From contig NIVC01002273.1 of NCBI GenBank assembly GCA_002269645.1, positions 1 to 64,000 of the forward strand: 64,000 nt of DNA. The letters run 5' to 3'. A program made the position numbers and the translations under genes. The DNA comes from Macrostomum lignano. Taxonomy: Eukaryota. Position 1 is the first letter of the stretch; each line of letters opens with the position of its first letter. The notes below the pieces were generated by a model. That model ran no database searches. It saw only the letters and a program-made list of their open reading frames with translations, and was not told the origin of the DNA. Positions 23,301 through 33,747 of the stretch are shown here, in pieces.

Positions 23301-26152
23301 ACAAGGTCGCATTCCTGGGGTTCGTTGTGTCTAGCCGGGGCATTGAGGCTGACCCAGCGAAGACTCAGGCTGTCCAAGACTGGCCTAAACCGCTTTCTAA
23401 GAAACAGCTTCTATCATTCTTGGGATTTGCGAATTATTACCGGAAATTCGTGCCGCGATTCTCAATCATCGCCACGCCTTTGTATGCCTTAGCCAAAAAG
23501 GATGCTCCGTTTCTATGGCAACCGCATCATGAACGGGCTTTCCAAGAACTCAAACATAGCCTCTGTTCACCACCGATTCTGGCGTATCCAGACCTCTCTG
23601 CCAAAGGGCGCGAATTTATTTTGGACTGCGATAGCTCGCTTGACGGCACTGGGGGTGTGCTGTACCAGCTCGGGCCAGATGGCCAAGAGCAAGTTATAGC
23701 TTACGCATCCAAAAAATTCAACAGTAGCCAGAGAAACTACTGCGCCACCATGAGGGAGTTGCTAGGGCTCGTTCTGATGCTCGAGCATTTCCGTCCTTAT
23801 CTATTAGACAAGCCTTTCACTGTCCGGGTGGACGCGGCCGCGCTCAAATGGCTGCATTCTAAGAAGCATGCCACTGGTATGCTGGCCCAATGGCTTGCCA
23901 CCATTGAACTGTACCCGCTGAAGGTCCAGCAGTCCACTCTAGAACGAATAGCCGAATACGATTTCACAGTCCAGTACCGTCCAGGCGTTGACCACGTGCC
24001 TGCTGACGCTCTTAGTAGACTGCCAAAATTCAGAGCCGATCACTTTGACTGCCCGACGTGCAGCCAGATTCCGGAATTTAAAGGGAAATTCCTGGACCAA
24101 GACCCAAAGCACCGGCGTACGCCCCCCTCTAGAGAACTGCGTCAGGTGTGCGTCCAGACCATAGGCATTAGCGTAGCGTGTCAGACTGACACAGATGCCC
24201 CGGCTGAACCAACGCCGAATGTCCGCGCTACTGCTAGCGGTGCTGTTCCTAGCCCAGAGACTGAATCCCGTCAACCTGAAACCGAATCCCAAGTGCCACC
24301 TGAGCTCATCTGGGCCCAGAATGCCCAGGACTCCTGTGTTGACATGGCGCGCCTAATCGCCAGTGTCCAGTGTAAGACTGAGCCATTGTCCAAGGCCGAA
24401 CTGCAGGGTTGTAGCCGGGAAATGCGCTCACTCTGGGCTCAATTCAATGACCTTGAAGTAGTCGAGGGTCTATTGTACTTAGCCAAATCCTCCAAAGCCA
24501 AGACTGCCAACAGGCGCCTGGTGGTGCCTGAGACCGCAGACGTCGGTCATCTGGTCCTTCAGTATCATGGCCAGTTGAACCATTGCGGTATCACCAAGAC
24601 GATGGCCGCCCTGAAGGCGCGCTTCGTTATTTCCGACTTAGATACTATAGTCAAGGGGGTCCTGGCCGAATGCACCGTTTGCGCTAAGACTAAGAAGTCA
24701 AAGCGTAAGCTCAAGGCCCCTATGCAACCAGAACTGTCCGGCTACCCGAACCAGGTTGTCCACGTGGACCACGCAGGCCCGTTCGAAGAGTGTGACGGGT
24801 ACAAGTACCTGCTGGTTATGATCGACAGGTTCACCGGGTTTGTTGAAGTAGTCCCTGTTCCCGACGTCAGCGCAGAGACCACTGCCACAACCATCCTGAC
24901 TGAATGGGTTGCCAGGTATGGGGTGATGGAGCAGCTGGTGTCTGATAACGGAACTGCCTTCATCAATAGTACCATGATAGAATTAACTAGGCTCCTACAG
25001 ATTGACATGGGTCGGATCACAGCCCGTCGCCCTCAGGCTAACGGTAAAGCTGAGAGGATGATCCAGACGGTGAAAGCCCAGATTAGAGCCATCTGTCTTG
25101 AGAGACAATGCGACTGGCCCCTTGCCAGCCGCCTGGCCGCCCTGTCAATCCGTGCCACAGTCGCCGAATCCACCGGATTTACTCCAGCCAAACTTTTCTT
25201 CGGGCGTGAGTTCGAACTACCGCTCGACCTCTGTCACAATCCACCGCCAAATGAACACTACCAGCCGGAGAGGTACGCCCACCAGTTGCACCGCACGCTA
25301 GTCGAAACCTCTGCCCTAGCCCGCCGCACTAGGGGTAAAGCCCAGGAGAGGCAGAAAAGGTATTACGACCGCCGCGCCCTCCGCGCTGAGTTCCACGAGG
25401 GAGAGTTAGTCTGGGTCTTGAACCCGAACCACAAGGGCATAGAACCCGCTGTGTGGTTGGGGCCATACCGAGTAGTGCAGCGCTGCTCCGAGCGGACTTA
25501 CCGTTTAGTCCCCGAGTATGGTCTCCTAAACCCAGCAGATCGGGTGCCAAATCCGCGCCATAACATTTACAACATTGACCGCCTCAAACCGTGCATCAGA
25601 CAGCCCACTTACCAAGACGTAGTTGACCGGTATGGTGAGGCCACCCATGCCAGGTCTCCAGCGCCTAGTGTGAACCCGCCCAGCGGACCCGCGAGCGAGC
25701 TTAGCCTCGTCACCATTCCCCAGCCTTCCTCTGCCCGGCCAGAGAGCCCACGCAGAGCGCCAGGGCCAAATCCACCACCGCCAGCTTCAGGCGCCTTTGA
25801 GGAGGGGGCGGGAGCTGAAGCGGGAGAAGGCCAACCATTCGCCGAAGCTGGCGATGCTGTAGCTATTGAGGGACAGCCACAACCAGACACTGACACTGAC
25901 AGCACAGACACTGACACCAGCCACAGCCAAGACAGCTCAGAGTCGCTGTACACGGCTTCCTTGGGGGACCCTTCCTCCGAGCAATTAGAACCACCTGAGA
26001 TTGCTGCGAATCCAGTCGCTGCGCAAGCAGCTGAGCCACCAGCCCCGGCTGACGTACCCAGATCCAGGTACGGACGCCCCATCCGCCCGCCTGTCAGGTA
26101 CCGGACCTGTCAAGTGTCCGACCTGCTCCAGCAGTGGGGAAGCAGACACTAA
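20387..26152 (+). CDS. Gypsy gag-pol polyprotein, 1921 aa, single frame
   Basis: Gag; CCHC knuckle CHRCGQTDHLIADC (21377-21418); cold-shock-like domain (21509-21703); protease LDSG (21824); RT (SPIVLVKKKDG, LCIDYR, YLDD at 23174); RNase H (DCDSS, NYCATMREL); integrase (H-x3-H..CTVC, VDHAG, SDNG, KAERM) and GPY motif. Confidence 0.98.
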   Translation: MSDNGDNHAAASLADGDAVVPDQDAVDAGEQPAGAAAAAAPAPSEQLLLTQTLASLHRMLEERLAVSSPLAPNSSPPAKPDIRLRPPIAYQPKMNFDTWEAQLTSYLATCRVPEDQKSAILVSLLSAECQEVYLNYRCDQLPFESALRLLRERYTDAKKKDKAYVELVAAAQSHNEQMSDFFDRLVSYSRLAGLSLAEAKPLLKARFCHGLRDKDLAEKLLLWDQETDSATSAEELMQKAKDLVGVRQLLNVPSTIAKVRAIEPDAEKKALEQRVAELEKMVTDQANRLSQTTPPVTTNQGPARTEPTGGPPQVSQTYRQPRPAPRPPRACHRCGQTDHLIADCPSPSPRPQSPKQPRGSQNQQPSRGKVTTELGTIATWSQNYGFIQSEHLPEKLFVHISQLSPSLRSLVEQHRLRGTRVKFQRQVDPGRQHDKACNVQPQPGDSDPQCRQGGYTADTFESSYFVQLGVGDSKVLACLDSGANASIMGADVKAKLVAADPVNNIFTPSANKQRATAFGGSQVDILGSLRCEINLGNTTKQHVFLVTAYCTTEALLGMDFLRSFEMLLDFNSGRALVAGVSVPVIEGDKGIFQLRRVMAAGTVELPPHSETLIPSRVLDSSPYTSGIVMSRILGPETEQLVAKTLDSVSDTNHILVRVLNSGEQPIQITRGQEIASFQELDSHEVIAQTTLKESDFSLDNVANLTSQLSKLPPPSRELAKWLTTQFQLDQAKLSRGQLATVLKLLNYFNSQISRSNADLGHTNLHEMGIELIDPKAKPVAQPYRRTTPAQKEFLDQNIAQMLEQGVIEECDSDWVSPIVLVKKKDGTQRLCIDYRAVNKLIKPCSFPLPLIEESFDSLAGATVFSSLDLTSAYWQVGIKEEARDYTAFACPQGTFRWKVVPFGIKTAPANFAKLMHKVFRPLLMKVSLIYLDDIIIKAVNNDQMIAHLALVLWQLRKAGLKIKPSKCELFKDKVAFLGFVVSSRGIEADPAKTQAVQDWPKPLSKKQLLSFLGFANYYRKFVPRFSIIATPLYALAKKDAPFLWQPHHERAFQELKHSLCSPPILAYPDLSAKGREFILDCDSSLDGTGGVLYQLGPDGQEQVIAYASKKFNSSQRNYCATMRELLGLVLMLEHFRPYLLDKPFTVRVDAAALKWLHSKKHATGMLAQWLATIELYPLKVQQSTLERIAEYDFTVQYRPGVDHVPADALSRLPKFRADHFDCPTCSQIPEFKGKFLDQDPKHRRTPPSRELRQVCVQTIGISVACQTDTDAPAEPTPNVRATASGAVPSPETESRQPETESQVPPELIWAQNAQDSCVDMARLIASVQCKTEPLSKAELQGCSREMRSLWAQFNDLEVVEGLLYLAKSSKAKTANRRLVVPETADVGHLVLQYHGQLNHCGITKTMAALKARFVISDLDTIVKGVLAECTVCAKTKKSKRKLKAPMQPELSGYPNQVVHVDHAGPFEECDGYKYLLVMIDRFTGFVEVVPVPDVSAETTATTILTEWVARYGVMEQLVSDNGTAFINSTMIELTRLLQIDMGRITARRPQANGKAERMIQTVKAQIRAICLERQCDWPLASRLAALSIRATVAESTGFTPAKLFFGREFELPLDLCHNPPPNEHYQPERYAHQLHRTLVETSALARRTRGKAQERQKRYYDRRALRAEFHEGELVWVLNPNHKGIEPAVWLGPYRVVQRCSERTYRLVPEYGLLNPADRVPNPRHNIYNIDRLKPCIRQPTYQDVVDRYGEATHARSPAPSVNPPSGPASELSLVTIPQPSSARPESPRRAPGPNPPPPASGAFEEGAGAEAGEGQPFAEAGDAVAIEGQPQPDTDTDSTDTDTSHSQDSSESLYTASLGDPSSEQLEPPEIAANPVAAQAAEPPAPADVPRSRYGRPIRPPVRYRTCQVSDLLQQWGSRH

Positions 26153-26156
26153 CCGC

Positions 26157-26400
26157 CAGTTTTTCACGCCCCGGGCAAGGCGTAAAACTACCTCCTGTGG
26201 CACCTGTCAGCCACAGGTCTCTGCGGCACCTGTAGACCGCAAGTTCACGCCCCGGGCAAGGCGTAAAACTACCTCCTGTGGCACCTGTCAGCCACAGGTC
26301 TCTGCGGCACCTGTAGACCGCAAGCTCACGCCCCGGGCAAGGCGTTAAACTACCTCCTGTGGCACCTGTTGGTCACAGGTCCCTGCGGCATCTGCCAGCC
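26157..26400. repeat. 81-bp tandem repeat x3 after pol stop
   Basis: cacgccccgggcaagg recurs at 26165, 26246 and 26327. Confidence 0.9.
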
Positions 26401-27369
26401 GCAAGCCACAAAACACAAGCCACAGCTGTTACTCACTGCCAGATACTAGTGTGCACAACTTCCACAGCTGTACCAGCCAACAGCCAACCACCGTAGTCAA
26501 GGGGATAAACTGCAGCGACATTGCAATTTGATAATTTATATAGCTAACTAAAATAAATAAAATAAAAATAAAACACTAGCAGAATTAGCATAATATGCCG
26601 ACAGTATAAATACTATATTGTTCTAACGCAAGAATATATATAATATCGCAGCACCCAACTCCGACTGCACCTGGTCGGCGTTGCCGTAGTCTATAGAATA
26701 CACTACGGCGCTAGAAACAAATAGTAGATAAGACATTAGCCTTAGCTCAAATATTCAAAAGTAAACTAAAAAATTAATGCATAAATATGGCATAAAATAA
26801 TGCATATATTGGTCGAAAAATGATTACGAGATGAATACTATAAATATAATAGTTGTCAAAATATTCTGTAGACGTCCTCTGCCTGCATCGGCGTTGCCAT
26901 AATCGATAAAATACACTAGGGCACGTATAAACATTATAGCAATGGCAAAAATGATTAAAATAATTGATAGCAATGGCACCCGTTCGGTGTTGCCAAAGTC
27001 GATGAAATGAATAAGTGCGTCATCTCTGACGCTAATAGTAATACCCCGAAACCATGTAATGTGCAATATACGGTTAGTAATTAAAGCATAACTACTGGCG
27101 ACTAGTGAAACGCATAAATAACTCAAAAAGGAAAATAAAAACTGAAAAAACAACCATTGAAAACTCGAGAAAAATATTCTGCCTATAAGAATATAGCTAG
27201 CTTAGTTCGCTGCTCAGCCCATTGACGAGTGCAGCATCGCTTTCGCTGTTGTCGGAAATGAGCTGTAGCTCGTCATTAAATTTCGCAAATTTCATAATGT
27301 AGCTAGATATATATAATTCTTGTGGGGTAAAAGTAAGCACTACACACACACACACCGCACCGCACGCAC

Positions 27370-27830
27370 GCTCTCTCTGCCTTTGGCGCGTAGCGCCGTC
27401 CTCCGCCTGGCGCGCTGCGCCGTCCTCTGCCTTTGGCGCGTAGCGCCATCCTCTGCCTTGGCGCGTAGCGCCGTCCTCTGCCTTTGGCGCGTAGCGCCAT
27501 CCTCTGCCTTGGCGCGTAGCGCCATCCTCTGCCTGGCGCGTGGCGCCGTTCTCTGCCTTGGCGCGTGGCGCCGTCCCCTGCCGTGGCGCCCTGTCGCCGT
27601 TTCCTGCCTTGGCGCGTGGCGCCGTTTCCCGCCTTGGCGCGCTGCGCCGTTCTCCGCCTGGCGCGCCGCGCCGTTCTCCTGCCTTGGCGCGCTGCGCCGT
27701 TTCCTGCCTTGGCGCGCTGCGCCGTTCTTTGCCTTGGCGCGCTGCGCCGTGTCTCCGCCTTGGGCGCTCTTGCGCCGGTTTCTCCCTTCCGCCTTGGCGC
27801 GCCGCGCCGTGTCCCGCCGCCCTTGACGCT
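27370..27830. repeat. GC-rich degenerate minisatellite inside the Gypsy 3' region
   Basis: Variants of cgccgtcctctgccttggcgcg(ta/ct/tg)g. Confidence 0.85.
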
Positions 27831-28301
27831 TGGCGTCGTTTGCCCGCAGTTGTCCGGACTGTGCCTCTGTTCCGTGCCTCTGCTCTGCATCCTTTGCCTC
27901 ATCCACCTTGTCATCCTTGTTCTGTGTTTGCCTCATCCATCGTATCACTTCTGCGCGTCCTTTGTCGTTTTTGTGTTCGCGCGCGCCGCGCGCTCCGTCG
28001 TGCACTACTTTCCGTAACCATTGTTGTATTTTGTAATGTTTTTGTAACACCACCATGTTGTATTGCTCGTGCTCACCGTGTTCTACTGCCCTGTAATGTT
28101 CTGCTCTCGTAATAGTCTGTAGCCTTTGGAACTTTGTAATTTTGTCCGGTAATCATATGCTCATACAAACTGACTCAACCCCACTGTAATTCACTCTGCT
28201 ATAATTTCATAAACTGCGGTCACGTTGTGTTTTTCTTGCCGTCACCCCGCGTGTTGGTTTTCTTTTTGCGCGACCCTATCCTTTTTCGGAAGGGAGGCGG
28301 G

Positions 28302-29129
28302 TGTGACGTTGTCAGTTTAAGGTGGTCCCGAAAAGGGCCGTTGGACTGCTGTTCTCCATAGTCATTCAACCCTTCAGTTTCACCGTTTCAACTAAACTTT
28401 TCCATTCGTTTATTGCGACGTTTACTTGTAGTAGTGCCCAACGATTTTGTGGCAATTTCTAATTCACTGTATATTTTGCTATCCTCTCTCGCGACCGTAT
28501 AAAATTGGCACGATCGATAATTTTAAGTTCTCTCGCCAGCCAATGAAATCACTCGTGCTCGCGCTACCCCCCTCTGCGCTCTTTTATTAAACCCCCCGCC
28601 TGGCGGCGGGCACCCCTCACGCTTTTTCGTCTCTCCCCGCCTGTCCCTTGTTTCCTTCCCTGCGGCCTCTTAGCTGTCTTATCTGTTTGTCTGGCTGCCT
28701 CGAGCCTCCTTATTTCTCACCACGGCCCTTCTGTCTGGGCCAGCCTGCTCACACACTTACTTGACTGTTTCACGCCACGACCGACGCCAACTCACCACTA
28801 CGTTTCACTGCCTTCACTGTGCTCATAGCCACTGCTCACGTCACGTCGCCATTGTGTCATTCGCCTGCCACTTGACTTCATATCCAAATTATATTCAACC
28901 CATTGCTGCAGCCGCCAGTGCCCAGAAAGCTATAGTCTGTTTATTGCCAGTAACAACCAAACTTAATACTGATATTAACAATAAAGACAACTACGGCAGT
29001 TCCTGCCTTTATCGCCAAGTGCTCCGCTACAAAATCCGCTTTACAAGAATTGACTTCAACTTATTTTGGGACTAAAACGGCCCTTTTAAGGGTCACCGCA
29101 TAGCTGGCCGCTACGCCAATAACGTGACA
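28302..29129 (+). repeat. 3' LTR
   Basis: Direct repeat of 18750-19577, preceded by the PPT and followed by TSD ctgg. Confidence 0.97.
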
Positions 29130-29700
29130 CTGGGCAGTCACCATCTGCTGTTGGTGGGGCATGCTCCGAAAATCCAGCGTGCTGCCGACTTCGGGAAAAG
29201 GTCCGGCACGTGTGCGCTGCGCTGACATCTTTCGACACCCGCGAGGTCTGATCTTGCGCCTGGAGCAAGGGAAGACTCTCCAGTTCAAAGAGCGGGTGCA
29301 CCAGGTGCTTCTACTCGTACCAAGGCTAGTGAGGCGGACGTCGCTGTGCCCGGTGTTAGCAATCGAGCAGCACGCAAGATTCAATAATCTGCAATCGGCT
29401 GATGCGCCTCTGTTCACTTATCGCGACGCCGGAGGCAACCAGCGGCTGCTGACGGGCAGGCAGCTCGATCGCTTCCTAGCGGACAAGCTAGGGGCTGCGG
29501 GCTTCAGGCGTGAGCACTTCTCAGCCCACAGCCTCCGCCGTGGCGGCGCGACCTGGGCCTCGGTGTTGGGTGTGCCGGTGCCCGACATCATGCGGATCGG
29601 TGACTGGAAGAGCGATTCAGTGCAGCGGTATCTACCGCAGTCGCAGCAGGGCTTGGCAGCTTCCGTCGTGTTTGCTAGAGGTGTGGGATCCCTCGTTTGA
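29130..29700 (+). pseudogene. Tyrosine recombinase, C-terminal catalytic part
   Basis: Removing the Gypsy element and one CTGG restores QLACW-AVTICCWWGMLRKSS. Catalytic R (LRKS), HSLRRGGAT, GDWKS and Y (VQRYL) are present. Confidence 0.92.
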
Positions 29701-30165
29701 CGTTGGCATCAGCTTTTCGATGTTCCGTTTCCTTCAATTTTTTTCTTTCGCGCGCTTTCCCGTTGTTGCTTCGGCTTTGGAGGCCTCGTTACTGCTTTCG
29801 CTTTCGCCAACATCGCGTATTCGTGTTTTGCTTTGGGGCACTAAGGCTGCGGTTTGCGCTAGGCTTGCCTTGAGCAAACCGGCTTTAGTGCCCAAGCGCG
29901 CTGCGTCTGTGGTGCGCCCCCCCCCGCCGCGTGTGTACGTTCTGTGTTGTTTAGGTGGGCCCCTCACCCCTCCGCCGGCGGGGGGGGGGGTATTTTACTC
30001 CAGCCGCGCTGCTGAGTTGGCAGTGTTTTCGCGCAGCTCTTTTTTTTCTTCTTCTTTTATCCTTATTCTTTTAATCAATAAAATATAAATAAAGAGGCCT
30101 CGTTACTGCTTTCGCTTTCGCCAACATCGCGTATTCGTGTTTTGCTTTGGGGCACTAAGTATCTA

Positions 30166-30697
30166 CATTGGCGGATCAACGGCGGTCAATAGGGTCAGCT
30201 GACCCCCCCCCCCACGATAGCAAAATTACGTATCCAATAGAGTTAGTTTCCAATGCGTCTTTTTTGGTAGTAGGAACCTCCCTAAGACGTATCTAATTCA
30301 TTTATGGTCCCCTAAGAAGCTCGTTTCTACAAACATTGTGAAGAATTAATAATGGAAACATTATAATAAACAAAACTAAAATTTAATAGAAACATTACTT
30401 ATTCACCTTTTTCGTAGAAACGAGCTTCTTAGAGGGTCATAATTGAATTGGATACGTCTCAAGACTTTCCTACAACCAGAAATACGTATTGGAGACGTCC
30501 GATTTCCATAGGATACGTAATTTTGCTATCTACCCCCCAGAAAATTGAGGGTGTCAGTCATGACCTCATGGAATTTTTTTTGCCCTGTCATAGTTATTGC
30601 TTAAAAGTATCTCAAGCTCGGAGCTTAAACTCACTGCGTATCCAAGTGGGGTCAAGGGGGTCGGTTGGTCCCCTGGAAAATCCTGGATCCGCCACTA
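30166..30697. mobile_element. Foldback MITE
   Basis: Ends cattggcggatc / gatccgccacta. Internal inverted arms include gcaaaattacgtatcc vs ggatacgtaattttgc and aagaagctcgtttctac vs gtagaaacgagcttctt. No TSD seen. Confidence 0.7.
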
Positions 30698-31856
30698 CTT
30701 ACGAGTACCTATTGCATACAGTCGTGTAAAAACACCGCGTCGAATAACAGATTTTTTATGCCAGCTAGATCTATAACGCTGAGATAACGCACGCAGCATC
30801 GGTCTTCTTGACCTTTACATGGTTTAGCGCAAATCTAAGATCTACGAAAAAAATTGTGTGAAATTGCGCGCATCGAGAGGCAGAAGTTTATTTTGTAACT
30901 CGTAGGAAGCGCTACAAAACTTCAAAGCTTGCGTATTGACATGACGTATTTTTAGCATTCGTAGATTTTTTAGCAGAATTTTTGGTTTTTTGCAGGCTAT
31001 TGGACAACATTTTCAGTTACAGATTGGCATTTTGAAAGCTTCAGAAATTCGCCTCTGAAGTGCGGTGTTGTGTACATCCGCAGACCCATAATAGGCTACT
31101 TCTAGAAATATTTTCACCACCTTAAAATAGCCATCAGTCCGTCTGTTGTCTGCTTGCCTACCCATAGGTATCTGTCAATGTGTAGACTCATTAGACATAT
31201 CCAGCAACATAAGAATTTACATCTAGTTACATGTATGTGACACCCATCATGCAGAAATATCCTATTATTATAGTTAACTTAGCACAACTATTCCTACCCC
31301 AAGAACAAAATTGAACGATTAAAAGTGTTCTGTTGATATAGATTCACAGCCTGCTCATGCAAATTTTCGGTCGGTTTTAAGCTAGATCTTATATATTTTC
31401 ACGGTTAAATGGTAACACATGTATACACACAAGCTGTGACAACCGAATTGCATAATTAGGTAGCTCGATTGCATTTCACTGCTGTTAAGCTCCAGTCCTC
31501 ATTCCAGGCAGCAGAAGCAGTGACTGAAACATTCGGCCGCTACAGCATGGTATGTATTGTAAATAAACAGTACACTTAGTGACTTTCACTTGACTACAAA
31601 CTTCTCTGGAGATCAGCAAACACCAAAGGAGATGAGAGCTTTAATTAATCTGGAATAATGTAGAATCGCGTTATACAAAATATAAATCAGAATAAAAATG
31701 TATATTGCAAACTCTATATAAAATGGAAAAGCCGACTAAGAAATAAAGCAGTCGTGATGTCAAAATATTCGGATTTAAATTACAAGGAAAATAGTCTACT
31801 ATCAGTAATCTTTAAAGCATTCAACGATTTTCAAATCGCATCACAGTTCTTAAAAA

Positions 31857-32099
31857 TCACATTGACATGGGCTTGAAACTGACATCGCATTTTTTGCAAT
31901 GCAGAGTCGGACTATCCGGCGAGATGCAGCAGCCGCCCAGTTTCACTCGACCGGCCTCGGCGCTGGCCATCAGTTCCGAGCTGGGCCGGCCATAGACTAT
32001 GGGCACGATCACCGAGCTATCGGCGTTCAACTGATGGCCACATTGTGGACACGCTTCATCGCTTTCTGCAGATTGCTGCTGCCGCTTTTGTTCGCTCAT
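31857..32099 (-). CDS. Small Cys-rich putative Zn-binding protein, 80 aa (paralog 1)
   Basis: Intronless ORF: CPQCG..VPIVYGRP..LM..AEAGRVKLGGCCISPDSPTLHCKKC. The motif is conserved with 33748-33957. Confidence 0.8.
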   Translation of the reverse strand: MSEQKRQQQSAESDEACPQCGHQLNADSSVIVPIVYGRPSSELMASAEAGRVKLGGCCISPDSPTLHCKKCDVSFKPMSM

Positions 32100-32174
32100 T
32101 CGTACTTGTGAACTCCCATGCAATTGGTCCAGGACGGCAATAATAAACTAATGTACATGAAGACACTTATAAAC

Positions 32175-33200
32175 AGCGGGTCTCAAGGGCTGTTTGGGAG
32201 CGGGTCTCAACGGCTGTTTGGGAGCGGGTCTCAATGGCTGTTTGGGAGCGGGTCTCAACGGCTGTTTGGGAGCGGGTCTCAACGGCTGTTTGGGAGCGGG
32301 TCTCAATGGCTGTTTGGGAGCGGGTCTCAAGGGCTGTTTGGGAGCGAGTCTCAACGGCTGTTTGGGAGCGAGTCTCAACGGCTGTTTGGGAGCGGGTCTC
32401 AAGGGTTGTTTGGGAGCGAGTCTCAACGGCTGTTTGGGAGCGGGTCTCAACGGCTGTTTGGGAGCGGGTCTCAACGGCTGTTTGGGAGCGGGTCTCAACG
32501 GCTGTTTGGGAGCGGGTCTCAATGGCTGTTTGGGAGCGGGTCTCAAGGGCTGTTTGGGAGCGAGTCTCAACGGCTGTTTGGGAGCGAGTCTCAACGGCTG
32601 TTTGGGAGCGGGTCTCAAGGGTTGTTTGGGAGCGAGTCTCAACGGCTGTTTGGGAGCGGGTCTCAACGGCTGTTTGGGAGCGGGTCTCAACGGCTGTTTG
32701 GGAGCGGGTCTCAACGGCTGTTTGGGAGCGGGTCTCAACGGCTGTTTGGGAGCGGGTCTCAAGGGTTGTTTGGGAGCGAGTCTCAACGGCTGTTTGGGAG
32801 CGGGTCTCAACGGCTGTTTGGGAGCGGGTCTCAACGGCTGTTTGGGAGCGGGTCTCAACGGCTGTTTGGGAGCGGGTCTCAAGGCCTGTTTGGGAGCGAG
32901 TCTCAACGGCTGTTTGGGAGCGGGTCTCAAGGGTTGTTTGGGAGCGAGTCTCAACGGCTGTTTGGGAGCGGGTCTCAAGGGTTGTTTGGGAGCGAGTCTC
33001 AACGGCTGTTTGGGAGCGGGTCTCAAGGGTTGTTTGGGAGCGAGTCTCAACGGCTGTTTGGGAGCGGGTCTCAAGGGTTGTTTGGGAGCGAGTCTCAACG
33101 GCTGTTTGGGAGCGGGTCTCAACGGCTGTTTGGGAGCGGGTCTCAAGGGTTGTTTGGGAGTGGGTCTCAGGGCTGTTTGGGAGCGATAAAAAGGCCGGGC
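32175..33200. repeat. 24-bp minisatellite
   Basis: Unit gggtctcaacggctgtttgggagc, about 42 copies, between the two small genes. Confidence 0.97.
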
Positions 33201-33747
33201 TGTTTGGGAGACAAGTTTAGACCGTATATGAATGTTTTAAAGCGATTCCTAAAGAGTTATTTAACGTTTTCAGAGAGCTCAGAAAAAGGATATCAAGTTA
33301 ATTTGAAACGCGTGAGAGAATAAACTCTTTATCAAATCCAATTTTAATATCAAAATAGACTTATTTGAAGTATCACAGATTTATAATTAAACACAAAGCA
33401 AAAAATGTTAAAAAGAAGCACAAAGGCAAAAACGAATATTAAAAAAAATCATGTACAGGTAGATACGCTTATGTCCAATAAAAATTCAAAAGTACACGAA
33501 TATCCTAAAAGTTTGAGAGCTTTGGTTTTTGTATATCCTCAATGAAAAGAGTTAAATTTTAAAAAACATATAAGTTACTAAGAGTAGCGTAAAATGTTTC
33601 AAAGAATTATGCTCCTAATTCCACGGAAAAACGAAATTGTTCCATAAATTCATTCTCTTACTGGCTGTGATGCTTGATCGATATTGGAGTCAAACAGTAT
33701 AAAAATTGAACTGTACTTCGGCATGAGTGGATTTTTTCCCCAAAATG

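Larger units (their letters stand above)
18750..29129 (+). mobile_element. Full-length Ty3/Gypsy LTR retrotransposon (10,380 bp)
   Basis: LTRs 18750-19577 and 28302-29129 (828 bp, TGTGACG..CGTGACA), 4-bp TSD CTGG, PBS, PPT ggaagggaggcggg at 28288-28301, PR-RT-RH-IN domain order. Confidence 0.98.
17294..30159 (+). mobile_element. Ngaro/DIRS tyrosine-recombinase retrotransposon, internally deleted and split by a Gypsy insertion
   Basis: Split direct repeats in Ngaro order: A1 17294-17486, ORFs, B1 29780-29845, A2 29845-30036, B2 30094-30159. Encodes the RT tail, RNase H and YR. Confidence 0.92.

Noticed and set aside
25560-26152. Chromodomain or env gene in the Gypsy element
   Set aside because: The integrase tail is Pro/acidic low-complexity with no chromodomain aromatic pattern, and there is no sense-strand env-like ORF before the 3' LTR.
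32175-33200. Regular arrays as possible CRISPR loci
   Set aside because: Units are head-to-tail with no unique spacers, there are no cas genes, and the context is eukaryotic.
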